A stretch of DNA of 64,000 bases from Acidobacteriota bacterium (GCA_016191085.1 JACPPJ010000054.1:24646-88645); one strand, 5' to 3'. Numbered from the stretch's first letter, positions 19,834-30,824 are shown. Numbers and translations: made by a program. The notes: generated by a model not told the origin, from the letters alone.

Positions 19834-21288
19834 CTAGGAGCCCGGCTGCCGGACAGGCTGAGTTTCCGCCTGTGATGAAGAATCATATTCCTCAATCAGC
19901 TTCCAAAGGCCCGGACTGAGCGCAGGCAGATAATCCAACCATGAAAGCACGCCATCTCGTACCGGGAACTCGGGATATCGTCGTTGAACTTGATCCTCAA
20001 AATACCGACCCATCCGCGCCATCATCTTGAGGTTCTGAACTACGGTGCGTCCGATGGCATCCACTACTTCTTCGCGATGCTTCCAGAGGTATTGCAGCAC
20101 ATTGAGAAGTTTCGGTTGCAGATCAGGGTCGTCCGCTTCCAGAACCAGATGTGGCTGCCCCCGCTCGCGCATGAGGTTGCGAATGCGCTCGTCCATCGTA
20201 ACCCCCGCCGAGGCTACCAGGCCCGGCATGGATGTGACAATGCCGTGGTACCGGGACGAGATCATGAGATGGCTGAAGCGCAGGATGCTCACGAGCTGGT
20301 ACATATCATACTTGTCTGAGGAGAAAACCGGCAGGCCGCCTAGCTTGGCAGAAAGAGCTTGGCAGGGCGCGGTATCCAATCTCTCCATAGCGACCAGGAT
20401 CGGGAATACGTCATGTTCTCTACGAAACGAGTCTACTGCGGTTGCGAATGCGATTATATACCGCTTGTACTGCGCCTCCGCTTTTGGCCCGGAGTTATGG
20501 AAATAGATCGAGCGGTAGTGGCTCTCGCGGAATGCTCCCGTCAAGCCGTACGCAAGCCCTTTGGTCAACGAAGCTCTCACGGGCCAACAAAATGGATTGA
20601 TCGGACAGATAACCAGTACCGGTTGCCTGCCATCCCATCCCACGTCTGCCAGTGTTTTCGTCCCATATTCCAGCCCGTGTGGCTCAAACGTCCAAGCCGT
20701 GTCGGTACCGAGTTCAGCAGGAACGCCCAAATCACGCAGCACTGTTCGAGACTCCTCATTACGCGTGATGACGAAAGAGTCGCGGCAATACCGTGCGCAC
20801 ATGGCGCTAAGAAATCCGTCCATGTGCCCGGCCTCGGCACCGTATCCAACTGACACCTTGTTCTGAGCAGAGGCTATTCCAAGCGAGCCGATCATCATCG
20901 CCGTGAGCGCGTTTGCGAATTTGCTCTTGAACATCGAGCCTTCGCAGGCCACCACCCCGTGATGCTTCTTCACTTCGCTATACAGAAAGGGCGGGAAAAT
21001 ATCCGGCAACTTGACCTGGGTTGCGTCGCCGAAGTAGCCCCTCGAATAATCGAAATTCTGAGTCATCACGCTCAGGTGCACGTTTTTGGCTCCCAGTACG
21101 CGGCGCACCTGGCGCAGCATCTCTTCCACGCGGACATCCGAGCCCGTATTGCGAGTTCCGTTGTAACCGGCAAAGAGCAGCTTGAGTTTCGTGCCCGGCG
21201 TCCAGGGTTGCCCCCCGCCCAGCATCCACTCAAGCCGCGACAGCTCGATGAGGATGCTGACCCACATTTCCAGCACCTCATCCATCAT
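19834..21288 (-). CDS. Polysaccharide pyruvyltransferase-family (GT-B fold) protein
   Basis: [11 protein letters not shown] (GxxGxxNxGD-like), ITRNEES, DTAW and SSRYHG. ATG 21288 overlaps the upstream TGA. Confidence 0.72.
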   Translation of the reverse strand: MMDEVLEMWVSILIELSRLEWMLGGGQPWTPGTKLKLLFAGYNGTRNTGSDVRVEEMLRQVRRVLGAKNVHLSVMTQNFDYSRGYFGDATQVKLPDIFPPFLYSEVKKHHGVVACEGSMFKSKFANALTAMMIGSLGIASAQNKVSVGYGAEAGHMDGFLSAMCARYCRDSFVITRNEESRTVLRDLGVPAELGTDTAWTFEPHGLEYGTKTLADVGWDGRQPVLVICPINPFCWPVRASLTKGLAYGLTGAFRESHYRSIYFHNSGPKAEAQYKRYIIAFATAVDSFRREHDVFPILVAMERLDTAPCQALSAKLGGLPVFSSDKYDMYQLVSILRFSHLMISSRYHGIVTSMPGLVASAGVTMDERIRNLMRERGQPHLVLEADDPDLQPKLLNVLQYLWKHREEVVDAIGRTVVQNLKMMARMGRYFEDQVQRRYPEFPVRDGVLSWLDYLPALSPGLWKLIEEYDSSSQAETQPVRQPGS

Positions 21289-22418
21289 CCAACAGACCCT
21301 CCAGCCGCTTCGGGCCACGCTTGGTAGGGATAGGTGAAGTGTTGCTCCTTGCTGAATTTCAACAGGGCGTAGCTGTAGTCCGAAAACGGCGCGGGAACAC
21401 GTCGCAGCTCGGACACCACTCGCGTATTGTCGAACACGGTATTCCAGACCAGGTATGGAATGAAAACTTTCAGAAGCGACGCGACGTGTCCAACGGCGCC
21501 TCGTGTATTTGCAAGGCTGTTTGCAAGGGCCGTGAATGGTGCTTCCGCCGATGGCAGGTAGATACGCTTGGGTTTTCGCTGGATGGCGGCAAGATTGTCT
21601 GTCAGCTCCTGAAAGGTTTGCGACCGTGTGCCGGAAGATAGGTGGTAAATGTCGTGTTGCGGCTCCTCTTTCTCATGGAGCGTGACAACCGCATCAGCGA
21701 CGAAGTCCACAGGGACGATGTCGATTCGGTCGGTAGGCCGGAACGGTAGCACCGGTAATGCTGCGAGAAATACGAACGCGCGCACCATGTCGAATTGAGT
21801 CGTCTCGCCGCGCTGGCTGTCGCCCAGCACGATGCTAGGCCGGAAAATGGTTCTCGGCACGTCGGCGAGTAACTCGCGAATCATGTGCTCGCAGAACTTC
21901 TTCGTCCGGGCGTAAGGATCGTAATCGGAACGGTTCCAGTCGATCGCCTGATCTTCCTGTACTACCTCGTTCTTCCGATGTCCTGCCACCGCGACAGTGC
22001 TCACGTGACTAAAGCGCCGCAAGCCGTGATGATCCCTGGCGCGCGAGGCTAACTGGACGACTTCTAACGTGCCGCGCAAGTTCACATTCAGGCAACTCTT
22101 TTCCGACTTGCGGTTCAGAGATGCGGCGCAGTGGATGACAGAATCGGTCGAGCTTACCAGACGCGAATAATCCGCGTCTTCCAAACCAAAACGTGAGCTG
22201 GTCAGGTCTCCGAGGAAAAGCGAGATTTGTGTTTTCAGATAATGGTGAAATCTCGGGAAGTCCAGATGCAACTGCAGCGCGCGCCAGAGGCGCTCCTGCG
22301 CTTCCCGGAGAGTCTTGGCGCGAATCAGGAGGTTCAGCGTTCCGGTGTAATTCTCCAGGAGGCGTGCAGCAAGGTGGGCACCGATGTACCCGGTGGAACC
22401 GGTCAGGAACGTGGCCAT
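21285..22418 (-). CDS. Extended SDR / thioester-reductase-like (NAD_binding_4) oxidoreductase
   Basis: [24 protein letters not shown] and FRPSIVLG. Start ATG 22418. Confidence 0.88.
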   Translation of the reverse strand: MATFLTGSTGYIGAHLAARLLENYTGTLNLLIRAKTLREAQERLWRALQLHLDFPRFHHYLKTQISLFLGDLTSSRFGLEDADYSRLVSSTDSVIHCAASLNRKSEKSCLNVNLRGTLEVVQLASRARDHHGLRRFSHVSTVAVAGHRKNEVVQEDQAIDWNRSDYDPYARTKKFCEHMIRELLADVPRTIFRPSIVLGDSQRGETTQFDMVRAFVFLAALPVLPFRPTDRIDIVPVDFVADAVVTLHEKEEPQHDIYHLSSGTRSQTFQELTDNLAAIQRKPKRIYLPSAEAPFTALANSLANTRGAVGHVASLLKVFIPYLVWNTVFDNTRVVSELRRVPAPFSDYSYALLKFSKEQHFTYPYQAWPEAAGGSVG

Positions 22419-24778
22419 GTCGCTAGGGGTCTCTCCTGGCCCCGCTTGCCGTTGTCGGCGCGATCGGGGACGCTCATCACCTGCAAACGAAACGGTCTGG
22501 GCGGCCGTTCCGGCAGCGGACGGCCTTCGATCAAAGGGTACGACCATTTGCGCTGTGCGGGGATATGGATGTTGATCCAATATTCCCACCAGTCAATCGC
22601 GCATGGATTGTAAGAAAAGGCTGTTCTTTCCTCAGGCACCAAGGCCGCTGAGAGCAGTTTCACATTCTCAGTTTCAAATACCTGCTCATTCAGAAGAATG
22701 AATGGCTCGTAAAGCTCGATCAGTTTTTCCACGCGAATCAGGCTGCGTTCGGCGCGTTCGAGTGGCGGGCGGATCATCGGCAACGGGCCCGCGGTCTTTT
22801 TCAGCGCGCGCACGATCGCCTTTTGTACGGGCGCAGACAGCTTCTTGTAACGAGCCTTGGAGACAGGTATGGTTTCAAACCGCAATCGTAGCCAGCGGTC
22901 CAGGCCGCCGCGCGCGCGAAAGTATTTCCGATGCGCCAGGCAAGTCAACTCAATGGAGCGCCGCATATCGCATGGATTGTCGGCGGACGTCGCCAGTTGA
23001 TACAGCTTTTCATGACAGCGTTGGACGAGCGCGGTGGCGATCAGCGTCATGCCGCGGCAAACCATATCGACGGGGATGATGTCCAGGCATTTGCGCTCGT
23101 TCGTGGGAAGCTGGCGAAAGTAGGTCCCCAGCAGATAGGAGAGCGGCGCGGAGGTGTTGATGCCCTCATTCCAACCTTCGAACGGTTGGTGAGTCGAACT
23201 TTCGACGATGGAAGGCCGCACGATCGCGATCGGCAGATCGCCGCCCAATGTCTGTATGAGCGATTCTGCAAGGCTCTTCGTAAAGGTATAAGTGTTGGGC
23301 CAGCCGAGCTCTTGTGCGCGCCGTGTTCCGGCTTTGGTCAGATGTTTCCTGAGCCACCGGATACGGTGCTTGCGAATCTGGTTCTCCAGCGTCGCCCCTG
23401 AAAGCTTCTCGCCGCCTGAGCCTTTCTTCGTTACCAGCCGCCGTAATTCCTCCGCTACAGCGGGAGTAGTGGATTTGACTTCAATCTCCTCGACCGTTTG
23501 GCGCAAGCGGCGCCACTCCGCTTCCGCACTGTAGTTTTTCTCGCCAATAGGAGTGTAGTTTGGCTGGAGATCTTCGGTGATGCGTCCGTCGCGACTGCCC
23601 ACCACAAAGCACGTGGAGAGATGCATCAGCGCGGCGCGTTCGCTCTGCCGGATGAATTCGACGAGATGGACAGCTCCGTCGACATTTGTCGCCAACGCGT
23701 CGCGGAGGTCGGGGTTAAAATCCACCAGGCCTGCGCTGTTCACCACCACATCGAGCGACCGGCCCAGGTGCTGACGGCTCTCCGCGTCCATTCCCAACCC
23801 CGGTTGCGACACGTCACCCTCAATTACTTCTATCCTTTCACTAAGGAAGCGCGGTAAATCCTCCCCGTACCGCTGATGAAGAGCGTCAAAGATGGGCGAC
23901 TCTTGCACAATTTTTTCAAAGCGCCGGAGAGCACTGAGCGGTCCTTGGCGTCGAACGAGGAGATAGACTTTTCCGATCTCCGGTACGTCGGTCAGCAGAT
24001 GAATCAACCAAACTTTTCCTATAAATCCAGTGACGCCGATCAGCAGGATGTTCTTGCCCGCCAGCGATTCTCGCACCGAGAGTCGTTCGACTTTGCGCTT
24101 TGAATCCCATTGCAGCACCGGTCTGGCGATATTGGCCTTCGGCCGGCGTGCAGGCATGATCGCACCGTTTACAACGTCGGGCGACATATCCGTTCCGATG
24201 TCCCTGGCGAACTGCTCGCGCGAGATTCTGCCGTCGCTGCCGCTGCGCCGCACACCTGCAAAGATGCCGCGAGGACGAATGACGGGGTCGAGTAGACGCC
24301 CGGTAGCCAGTCCGTCTCGAAATTCCAGCCGGTTCGCCATCAGCTTGTCTACGCCGAGATGCGCGGCCAGCGGCCTCATTACGTGAGCCAGCCCTTGGCT
24401 AACCAACACAACATTCGGATCAGCGGCCATATACTCCCGAAGCTTTTCCATGCCGCCAGGTTTTAACCGCGGTTTCAGTACATAGTGAAAATATTCTTCG
24501 CCCAGGAGATCTAGCCGGTCATGGCTGACGCCGCGCAGCAATACGTGCAGGACACGGGTAGCAAACACGCGGTTGCAGGCATAAAGAAAAGGTCGGAAGA
24601 GCGCTAACAATCCCACGCCGCCGCGCCTCATCCAGCGTTCAAAAAAACTTTGTGCATTCCAAGTGAAAAACGCGACAGGCCGTACGGCGCTGAGGTTCAA
24701 CAGACTGCCCTCGACGCGCCAGAAGGTAGCGGAAGCGTGCACAGAATCTGAGGCTTGCTCGCCAAACGATCTTGCCAT
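22403..24778 (-). CDS. HAD-like domain fused to alcohol-forming fatty acyl-CoA reductase (male-sterility/FAR type)
   Basis: N-terminal HAD-IB-like fold ([26 protein letters not shown]). C-terminal FAR motifs [36 protein letters not shown] and DIIPVD. Confidence 0.85.
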   Translation of the reverse strand: MARSFGEQASDSVHASATFWRVEGSLLNLSAVRPVAFFTWNAQSFFERWMRRGGVGLLALFRPFLYACNRVFATRVLHVLLRGVSHDRLDLLGEEYFHYVLKPRLKPGGMEKLREYMAADPNVVLVSQGLAHVMRPLAAHLGVDKLMANRLEFRDGLATGRLLDPVIRPRGIFAGVRRSGSDGRISREQFARDIGTDMSPDVVNGAIMPARRPKANIARPVLQWDSKRKVERLSVRESLAGKNILLIGVTGFIGKVWLIHLLTDVPEIGKVYLLVRRQGPLSALRRFEKIVQESPIFDALHQRYGEDLPRFLSERIEVIEGDVSQPGLGMDAESRQHLGRSLDVVVNSAGLVDFNPDLRDALATNVDGAVHLVEFIRQSERAALMHLSTCFVVGSRDGRITEDLQPNYTPIGEKNYSAEAEWRRLRQTVEEIEVKSTTPAVAEELRRLVTKKGSGGEKLSGATLENQIRKHRIRWLRKHLTKAGTRRAQELGWPNTYTFTKSLAESLIQTLGGDLPIAIVRPSIVESSTHQPFEGWNEGINTSAPLSYLLGTYFRQLPTNERKCLDIIPVDMVCRGMTLIATALVQRCHEKLYQLATSADNPCDMRRSIELTCLAHRKYFRARGGLDRWLRLRFETIPVSKARYKKLSAPVQKAIVRALKKTAGPLPMIRPPLERAERSLIRVEKLIELYEPFILLNEQVFETENVKLLSAALVPEERTAFSYNPCAIDWWEYWINIHIPAQRKWSYPLIEGRPLPERPPRPFRLQVMSVPDRADNGKRGQERPLATWPRS

Positions 24779-24913
24779 GTATGCAACTCGGAGCCGCGCT
24801 CATCGCGCTGACGCATTCGGTCCTAAGCCGAACGTAGAATTTTATGCGAGCGGTAAACCCAATTCAACACTCCCCGCCGCCGTAGGTTGGCGCAAGCGCC
24901 GCGAACAGGTAAG

Positions 24914-26164
24914 TTATTGATTCCAGTTTCGGGCAAAATCGCTGATGCGGCCGATCGCCTTGCGGAGAGTCTCCTCCGGCGGGAGGAATACCATTCTGAA
25001 ATGTTTGGTTCCTGGCTGCTGTCCGAAACCGGAGCCGGGCACCACGATCACGCCGGTTTGCCGGATCAGATCGGCAACGAACTCCTGGTCGGTGCGTGAA
25101 ATTTCAAGTCGCGGAAACGCGTAGAATGCCGCCTGCGGAGTGAAACAACTCACGTTCGGGATGGAGGTCAGCAGCGACATGGCAAGATCGCGCCGCTTCT
25201 TGAGCTTTTCGACCATAAGCGCAATGTGGCTCTGATCGCCTTCGAGTGCCGGCCTCACCGCGAATTGCGATGGCTGGTTGGAACACAGCCGGACTCGCAA
25301 CATTTTCGCAATCGCTTCGCGATACGCGGCGACTTCCTGCTCATGTCCGGACAGAATTCCCCAGCCCGTTCGAAAACCCGGGACCAGGTAGGCCTTGGAC
25401 AGTCCATTAAAAGTCACAACCGGCTGATCGGGGGCCAAAGATGCCAGCGGCACATATTCGCTCTCGTCGAACAGAAGTTTGTCGTAGATTTCATCGGAGA
25501 CGGCAACCAGACCGTGCCTGGCCGCAAGATTCAGAATCTCTTTCAATAACTCTTTCCGGCAGATCGCGCCGGTTGGGTTATTGGGGTTCATCACAACAAT
25601 TCCGCGAGTCCGGCTGTTAACGAGCTTCGCCATCTCCCCCACGTCGGGCTGCCAAGCGTTTGCTTCGTCCAGGTGGTAGTAAACCGGCATGCAGCCAAGC
25701 TTAGCGAGAGTGGCTTCGTACAGGGGGTATCCCGGCGCGGGAATCAGCATATTATCGCCGGGATCGAGCAGAGCAGCCATTGAGACTTCAATTCCCTCGC
25801 TAACGCCGGACGTGACAAAAATCTCCTGAATATTCCGCACGCCGCGGCTGTTCGCTTCGCGGCGGATGGCCTCGACTGCTTCCTCAACACCGAGAGACGG
25901 CGCGTAGCCGTTGTGCCCCGCGAGCATAGCCCGGTAAGTGGCCTCGATGATGTGCCGCGGCGTTTGAAAATCGTAGAGTATCGGATCGCCGATATTTAGG
26001 CGCACAAGCTCTTTGCCCGCTGCTTTGGCCTGTTCAGCGAGCAGCATGATATCCCGAATCGCGTACCGGATTCGGGTGGATCTCTCGGATGGTTTCAGCT
26101 CGATTGACGAGACACTTGACGCGCCATGTCGTCCGGCAACCTGTATTGGAGCTTGTTCGTTCAT
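24914..26164 (-). CDS. Class I/II PLP-dependent aminotransferase (AlaA/alanine-type); start uncertain (open to 26245)
   Basis: LNIGDP, GVSEGI, NPNNPTG, DEIYD and GLSKAYLVPGFRTGW (PLP Lys). Confidence 0.9.
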   Translation of the reverse strand: MNEQAPIQVAGRHGASSVSSIELKPSERSTRIRYAIRDIMLLAEQAKAAGKELVRLNIGDPILYDFQTPRHIIEATYRAMLAGHNGYAPSLGVEEAVEAIRREANSRGVRNIQEIFVTSGVSEGIEVSMAALLDPGDNMLIPAPGYPLYEATLAKLGCMPVYYHLDEANAWQPDVGEMAKLVNSRTRGIVVMNPNNPTGAICRKELLKEILNLAARHGLVAVSDEIYDKLLFDESEYVPLASLAPDQPVVTFNGLSKAYLVPGFRTGWGILSGHEQEVAAYREAIAKMLRVRLCSNQPSQFAVRPALEGDQSHIALMVEKLKKRRDLAMSLLTSIPNVSCFTPQAAFYAFPRLEISRTDQEFVADLIRQTGVIVVPGSGFGQQPGTKHFRMVFLPPEETLRKAIGRISDFARNWNQ

Positions 26165-26269
26165 CACCATCAATAATGCACCGAAACCCGGCTTCTGTAA
26201 AAGAATATCGGAGAACGCAATGTGTAACTGGGGAGCATCCATCACGCTGGCAGCGGAACGCGAAAAGAT

Positions 26270-28000
26270 CTAAACCATGGCGGCGACCCGATTGATTCGC
26301 AACTGCCCGTTCTTGAATGCTGCGTCCAGCGCGGCGGCAGCTTGTGCGTCATACCGCTTCTCGTGAGACATGATGTGCTCGATGGCCACGGCTGGATCCA
26401 TGGCGGATTGATAGGGGCGGTTAGTGGTCATGGCATCAAATGTGTCGGCAACTGCGATGATACGCGCCATCAGCGGAATCTGGTCTGCTTGCAGCCCGAA
26501 AGGATAACCTCGGCCATCCAGGGACTCATGGTGCAACTCGATTCCGGGAACCATCTCGGCCAGTTGCGCCACGCGCCGTGCTATGGTGGCGCCCTTCTGC
26601 GGGTGCTGCCGCATAATCTCGAACTCCTCCTGCGTGAGAAATCCAGGCTTCTTGAGAATCTTGTCTTCAATGCCGATCTTGCCAACATCGTGCAATAAGG
26701 CTGAGATACGGATGTTTTCGATCTCCTCCTCCGGCAATCCCATGTGCGTAGCAATCATGGCCGAGTATCGCGACACGCGTTCGGAGTGGCCGTGGGTATA
26801 GGGGTCCTTCTCGTCCACGGCCGTGGCAATCATGCGAATGGAATCGAGGAACAACTTGCGATTCCGCTCCGCCGCATCCTTCAGTTGCTGAACGTAGCGC
26901 TCCAGATCAGAGCTCATGGAGTTGAAGGTGGATGCCAGTTCGCCCATTTCCGTGCGGCTGCGCAACTTGATCCTTCCTGAGAAGTCTCCGCGAGCGATGG
27001 CGCGGCTGGCGTCCGTCAGAATCCTGATCGGATGAACGATGCGCAGACTTAACGAGTAGGAAAGCGCCAGGGCCACGATCAACGCTATGATCCCCCAGTT
27101 AGTCGTAGCGGAGATCATTTCGCCGACCGTGGCGTAAGCGTCGCTGCGTTTCTTTTGTGCCACTACTGCCCAGCCCAGCGACTGCACCGGACAGTAGGTG
27201 CCAACCATGGGAATGGATTCTCCTGCCACGTTCAGGTCAAAAGAACTGGTCGCCGCCGCCTTGTAGCCTCCTTGCGTGAGAAACATCTGCACGATCGGCG
27301 ATCCACCCATCTCCTGGCCGAGAGAGTTGTCTTTGAGGTTGGGGCTGAGGACTAAGCGTCCCGCCCGGTCTACCACGAATGCTTCCAACCCCCGGGTGCT
27401 GCTCGATTGAAGGCGTTCCACCAGAAACTGCAGATTCACGACAATCGCCACCATGCCCTGGAACTGGTCGGCATGTATGACGGGAATCGAGCAAAGCATG
27501 GCGGGAAATTGCGTCCCCTGCTGCGAGATCAACACCGGATCGCTTTGATACTCGCGGCGCTGCTGCGACGCGGCAAAGGCTCTCTCCAGCATTTTGACCA
27601 TGAAGGGATCATTTTCACCGGTGCTGTTGCCAGCCTGTATCCCCCGTCCAGTGGCGTCAAGATAGGTGACGTATACGATGTGATGGGCTGGGTTTACGAA
27701 GCGTTCCAATGCGGTGCGCAGCTCCGGGCTATTCGATATCCATTCGCCGCCAGTGAAACTGGCGTGAATGCGTAACACCCGGTCGAGCATGCTAAGAAGC
27801 TGGTGAAAGTTTTCGTGGTAAATCGAGATTTCGTCCGCGATGGAGCGCGTGGTGGTGTTCTGGATTTCCTGCTCGTTGGTTTCCAGCGCCTGACGATTCA
27901 GGGCCAGCATCTTCAGTGAGTAGAAGAGCAGCGGCCCAACGCTCGCCAGCACTAGCACGGCCAGAATCACGTACAGAAACCGAATTCGCTTCATGAGCAT
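26270..28000 (-). CDS. Membrane HD-GYP cyclic-di-nucleotide phosphodiesterase with periplasmic Cache-like sensor and HAMP domain
   Basis: TM-periplasmic-TM layout, HAMP (EMGELASTFNSM), KDPYTHGHSERV, LLHDVGKIG and HHESLDGRGYP. Confidence 0.93.
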   Translation of the reverse strand: MLMKRIRFLYVILAVLVLASVGPLLFYSLKMLALNRQALETNEQEIQNTTTRSIADEISIYHENFHQLLSMLDRVLRIHASFTGGEWISNSPELRTALERFVNPAHHIVYVTYLDATGRGIQAGNSTGENDPFMVKMLERAFAASQQRREYQSDPVLISQQGTQFPAMLCSIPVIHADQFQGMVAIVVNLQFLVERLQSSSTRGLEAFVVDRAGRLVLSPNLKDNSLGQEMGGSPIVQMFLTQGGYKAAATSSFDLNVAGESIPMVGTYCPVQSLGWAVVAQKKRSDAYATVGEMISATTNWGIIALIVALALSYSLSLRIVHPIRILTDASRAIARGDFSGRIKLRSRTEMGELASTFNSMSSDLERYVQQLKDAAERNRKLFLDSIRMIATAVDEKDPYTHGHSERVSRYSAMIATHMGLPEEEIENIRISALLHDVGKIGIEDKILKKPGFLTQEEFEIMRQHPQKGATIARRVAQLAEMVPGIELHHESLDGRGYPFGLQADQIPLMARIIAVADTFDAMTTNRPYQSAMDPAVAIEHIMSHEKRYDAQAAAALDAAFKNGQLRINRVAAMV

Positions 28001-28428
28001 CCTTTAGGAGGAAAAGCCGCGTGGCCGCAATGCGTTGTAATTGTAGATAATTGCCGCCCCCCGCCGCAAGCGGAAAGGCCGGTTTGCATATGTTTCAGGG
28101 AGTTAGGAATATTGAACGCAATAGCGTCCGCAGCCAGAGAGCATCATGCCATCGTCGGTAATGCATTTTGGCGGTTGCAATGTCGCGTACATTGCCGGGA
28201 TTTGGGCTCCGATCTTGATTCTGCCACCAATTGCTAACGGGACGAAGCGGTGCTAGAATCGGCACACATTTCGCCGTAAGCCCACAGGCACGAATGTAGA
28301 GGACTCCATGTTCCATCCGTGGACGCTGGCCTCAGTGGGTTCCGCTTTAATTTCCGAATCCCTGTTCATCAATCTACCAAACGCGTCCCAAATGGAATAT
28401 GACGTCCACACCCACTACGGAGAATTAC

Positions 28429-29757
28429 ATGCACCTGACCCGATTCCTGCTCACAACTGTTTTGGTGATCTATTCCGTCAGTGTTCCGCTTGCACACAGC
28501 CAATCCATGCCAGCAACCGCACAGACCGACTTCTACTTTGCTCATATTACTGACGGCGGCAGCGACGATGAAAAATGGACCACGCAGATTCGGTTTGTAA
28601 ACTCAAATCCGTTTGCGGTCAGTGGCAATTTGCAGTTTTATTCTCAGGATGGGACTCCGCTGCTTGTGGATCTGGGTGGAGGGTCCTTCAGTTCATTCGG
28701 TGAGCCGGTGCCTGCTTTCGGCTCCCTGCTTCTCGAAACAAAAGGTACTTCCCCAGTTCTTAGGACCGGATTCGCAAAGGGAACGTTTGACGCGCCCGTC
28801 CAGGCTACGGCCGAATTTCGGCTGTGGAAAAACGGCCGTTTCGGTACTGGCGTCAGCGTAGATGGTATTTCACCCAACACACAGTTTGTCACTTTCGCCG
28901 ACTCATCGAGTGGGATAGCAGTGGCAAACCCCAATAGCTCTGCCGTCTCTTGTACAGTCCAATTCTTAAACGCTAGCGGGTTTATCGTCAAAAAGGACAG
29001 CATTTCGTTGGGTCCGCTGAATCAAACCGCATTTGTTCTTGGGTCGCGCTTCGCTTTGCCGGACAACTCCACCGGCTCTGCGTACGTCGGTTGTTCACAA
29101 CCTGTCGCTAGCCTCGCCATTGCGGGAAATAAGAATGGAATAACGGGTTCAATGCCGAGTGGTGCGTTTGCGGTTCCCAGTAATCAGCAAGCAAGAATCC
29201 AAAGGCTTTTTAAGCACCTCGTCAAAGTATTGAACGCTGTTCCGAATAATGAGCTTTCCGTTGGCCAAGTCAATCTGCGAATCGGTAGTTCACTAATCTT
29301 GAACGCTTCCGCAATTACATCCAGCAACCTGGTATTTGTTGAACTTGCTGTCGCGGAACTGTTGGCAGATTCCGATAGCGAATTGGCATACGTTATCGCA
29401 CACGAACTCGGCCATATTTTCCAGGCGTCAAAAGGTCTCCAGTTCTATGCTTCCAACCGGGAGCTTGATGCGGACAGATTTGCCGTTGTAGCTGCTCTCT
29501 GGGCTGGGTATGACCCATATGCGGGAGCAGGTGCATTGGGCAAGCTGGCAATGGTGACGGTTAATACCAGCATTAACGCACAACTTTTCGACAATCTCAC
29601 TGATCCACATACTTCCTTCTCAAATCGAATGGGGAGCATGTACAGCTTGATTGTTTCTGCGTGCTCATCTCCCGATTGGGATGCGTTTTGTTCCAGTACT
29701 CGGAACACATTGCATCCTCACATGCCGACACCGCTCGGCGTATCTGCAACGCAGTGA
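28429..29757 (+). CDS. Secreted M48-family zinc metallopeptidase with N-terminal beta-rich domain
   Basis: Signal peptide, ELAYVIAHELGH (HExxH), RELDAD and DPH..R. GGAG RBS before ATG 28429. Confidence 0.8.
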   Translation: MHLTRFLLTTVLVIYSVSVPLAHSQSMPATAQTDFYFAHITDGGSDDEKWTTQIRFVNSNPFAVSGNLQFYSQDGTPLLVDLGGGSFSSFGEPVPAFGSLLLETKGTSPVLRTGFAKGTFDAPVQATAEFRLWKNGRFGTGVSVDGISPNTQFVTFADSSSGIAVANPNSSAVSCTVQFLNASGFIVKKDSISLGPLNQTAFVLGSRFALPDNSTGSAYVGCSQPVASLAIAGNKNGITGSMPSGAFAVPSNQQARIQRLFKHLVKVLNAVPNNELSVGQVNLRIGSSLILNASAITSSNLVFVELAVAELLADSDSELAYVIAHELGHIFQASKGLQFYASNRELDADRFAVVAALWAGYDPYAGAGALGKLAMVTVNTSINAQLFDNLTDPHTSFSNRMGSMYSLIVSACSSPDWDAFCSSTRNTLHPHMPTPLGVSATQ

Positions 29758-29760
29758 GGT

Positions 29761-29780
29761 GGCACACTTCAGTCGTGTCC
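29761..29780. repeat. Degenerate REP copy
   Basis: GGCACACTTCAGTCGTGTCC resembles GGCACGACTTCAGTCGTGCC at 42279-42298. Confidence 0.55.
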
Positions 29781-29869
29781 ACATTCGCCAGCACTCCCGT
29801 GCTACAATGCTAGGTTTTCACGGGATGCGATGTTGCGCCCGGATCATAGGGAAAACCGAGGCATAGCGA

Positions 29870-30496
29870 ATGATCTCAGCGGGTCTGACTGGTGGTATTG
29901 GATGTGGCAAATCCACAGTGGCGGCTTTATTCGGAGCGTTGGGGGCCGTCACCTTGAATTCCGATGAAATCGGCCGGCGCATGATGCAGCCGGGGCACGT
30001 GGTATACGACCGCATCGTCAGCGGCTTTGGGCCTGAGGTGGTGGACGCGAAGGGCCAACTTGATCGCGCCAAGCTGGCTGACATTGTCTTCAATGACATG
30101 GAGAAGCTGAAACACCTGAATGCCATCGTCCATGCGCCGGTTCTGCGCGAAATTGACAGACAGATTCAACTTACTCGTCAAACCAATCCCGACGCCGTGA
30201 TCCTCGTGGAATCAGCGGTGCTGTTCGAGGCCGGCCAGACGCGCCGCTTTGACAAAATGATCGTGGTTTGGTGCACGCCAGAGCAACAGATGCAGAGGTG
30301 CCTGGTGAATTTCAAGATCCCCGCCGAGGCGATCCAACGGCGCATGGCCGCCCAGATACCGCCGGATGAGAAAAAGCGCCGCGCTGATTATGTGATCGAC
30401 ACCTCTACGCCCCTCATCGAGACGGAACAGCAGGTAAGAGAAGTCTACGGAGCTCTTCAGGAGCTTGCCGCCGCACATAGCAAGTCCGTGCGGTGA
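29870..30496 (+). CDS. coaE: Dephospho-CoA kinase
   Basis: GLTGGIGCGKST, LDRAKLADIVF, LNAIVH and ADYVID. Confidence 0.95.
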   Translation: MISAGLTGGIGCGKSTVAALFGALGAVTLNSDEIGRRMMQPGHVVYDRIVSGFGPEVVDAKGQLDRAKLADIVFNDMEKLKHLNAIVHAPVLREIDRQIQLTRQTNPDAVILVESAVLFEAGQTRRFDKMIVVWCTPEQQMQRCLVNFKIPAEAIQRRMAAQIPPDEKKRRADYVIDTSTPLIETEQQVREVYGALQELAAAHSKSVR

Positions 30497-30824
30497 ACAC
30501 TTTCGAAGCGGTACAGAACCGAAAAAAAGCTCGACACCCTAGAGAGCACGCTTCAGCCAGCCAGAACGAACAAGCGGTCGGCGTAGCTCGGTAGTTATAT
30601 CCCGGTGGGCCTACCAAGTCGAAAAAATCACTGCAGGCTGACCCGGCTGCACCATCTACGGGCAGGTAAAAAGTTCTTGGATTTAAACGTCAGGCATCGT
30701 ATCATATTAAAATAACATCTAAAAATAGAGGGATTTTGGAAGCCTCTTGCTATTGAAGCCGAAACCCGTGCCCGGTGCATCGTTTTGCACTCGCAAAGCA
30801 TCTAACCCTTTGATGGAGATTACG

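Noticed and set aside
30735-30752. Sigma-54 promoter-like TGGAAGCCTCTTGCT (and TGGCATCGGGCATGT upstream of the radical SAM gene)
   Set aside because: GG-to-GC spacing is 9 rather than 10 in the first, and the second has GT at -12.
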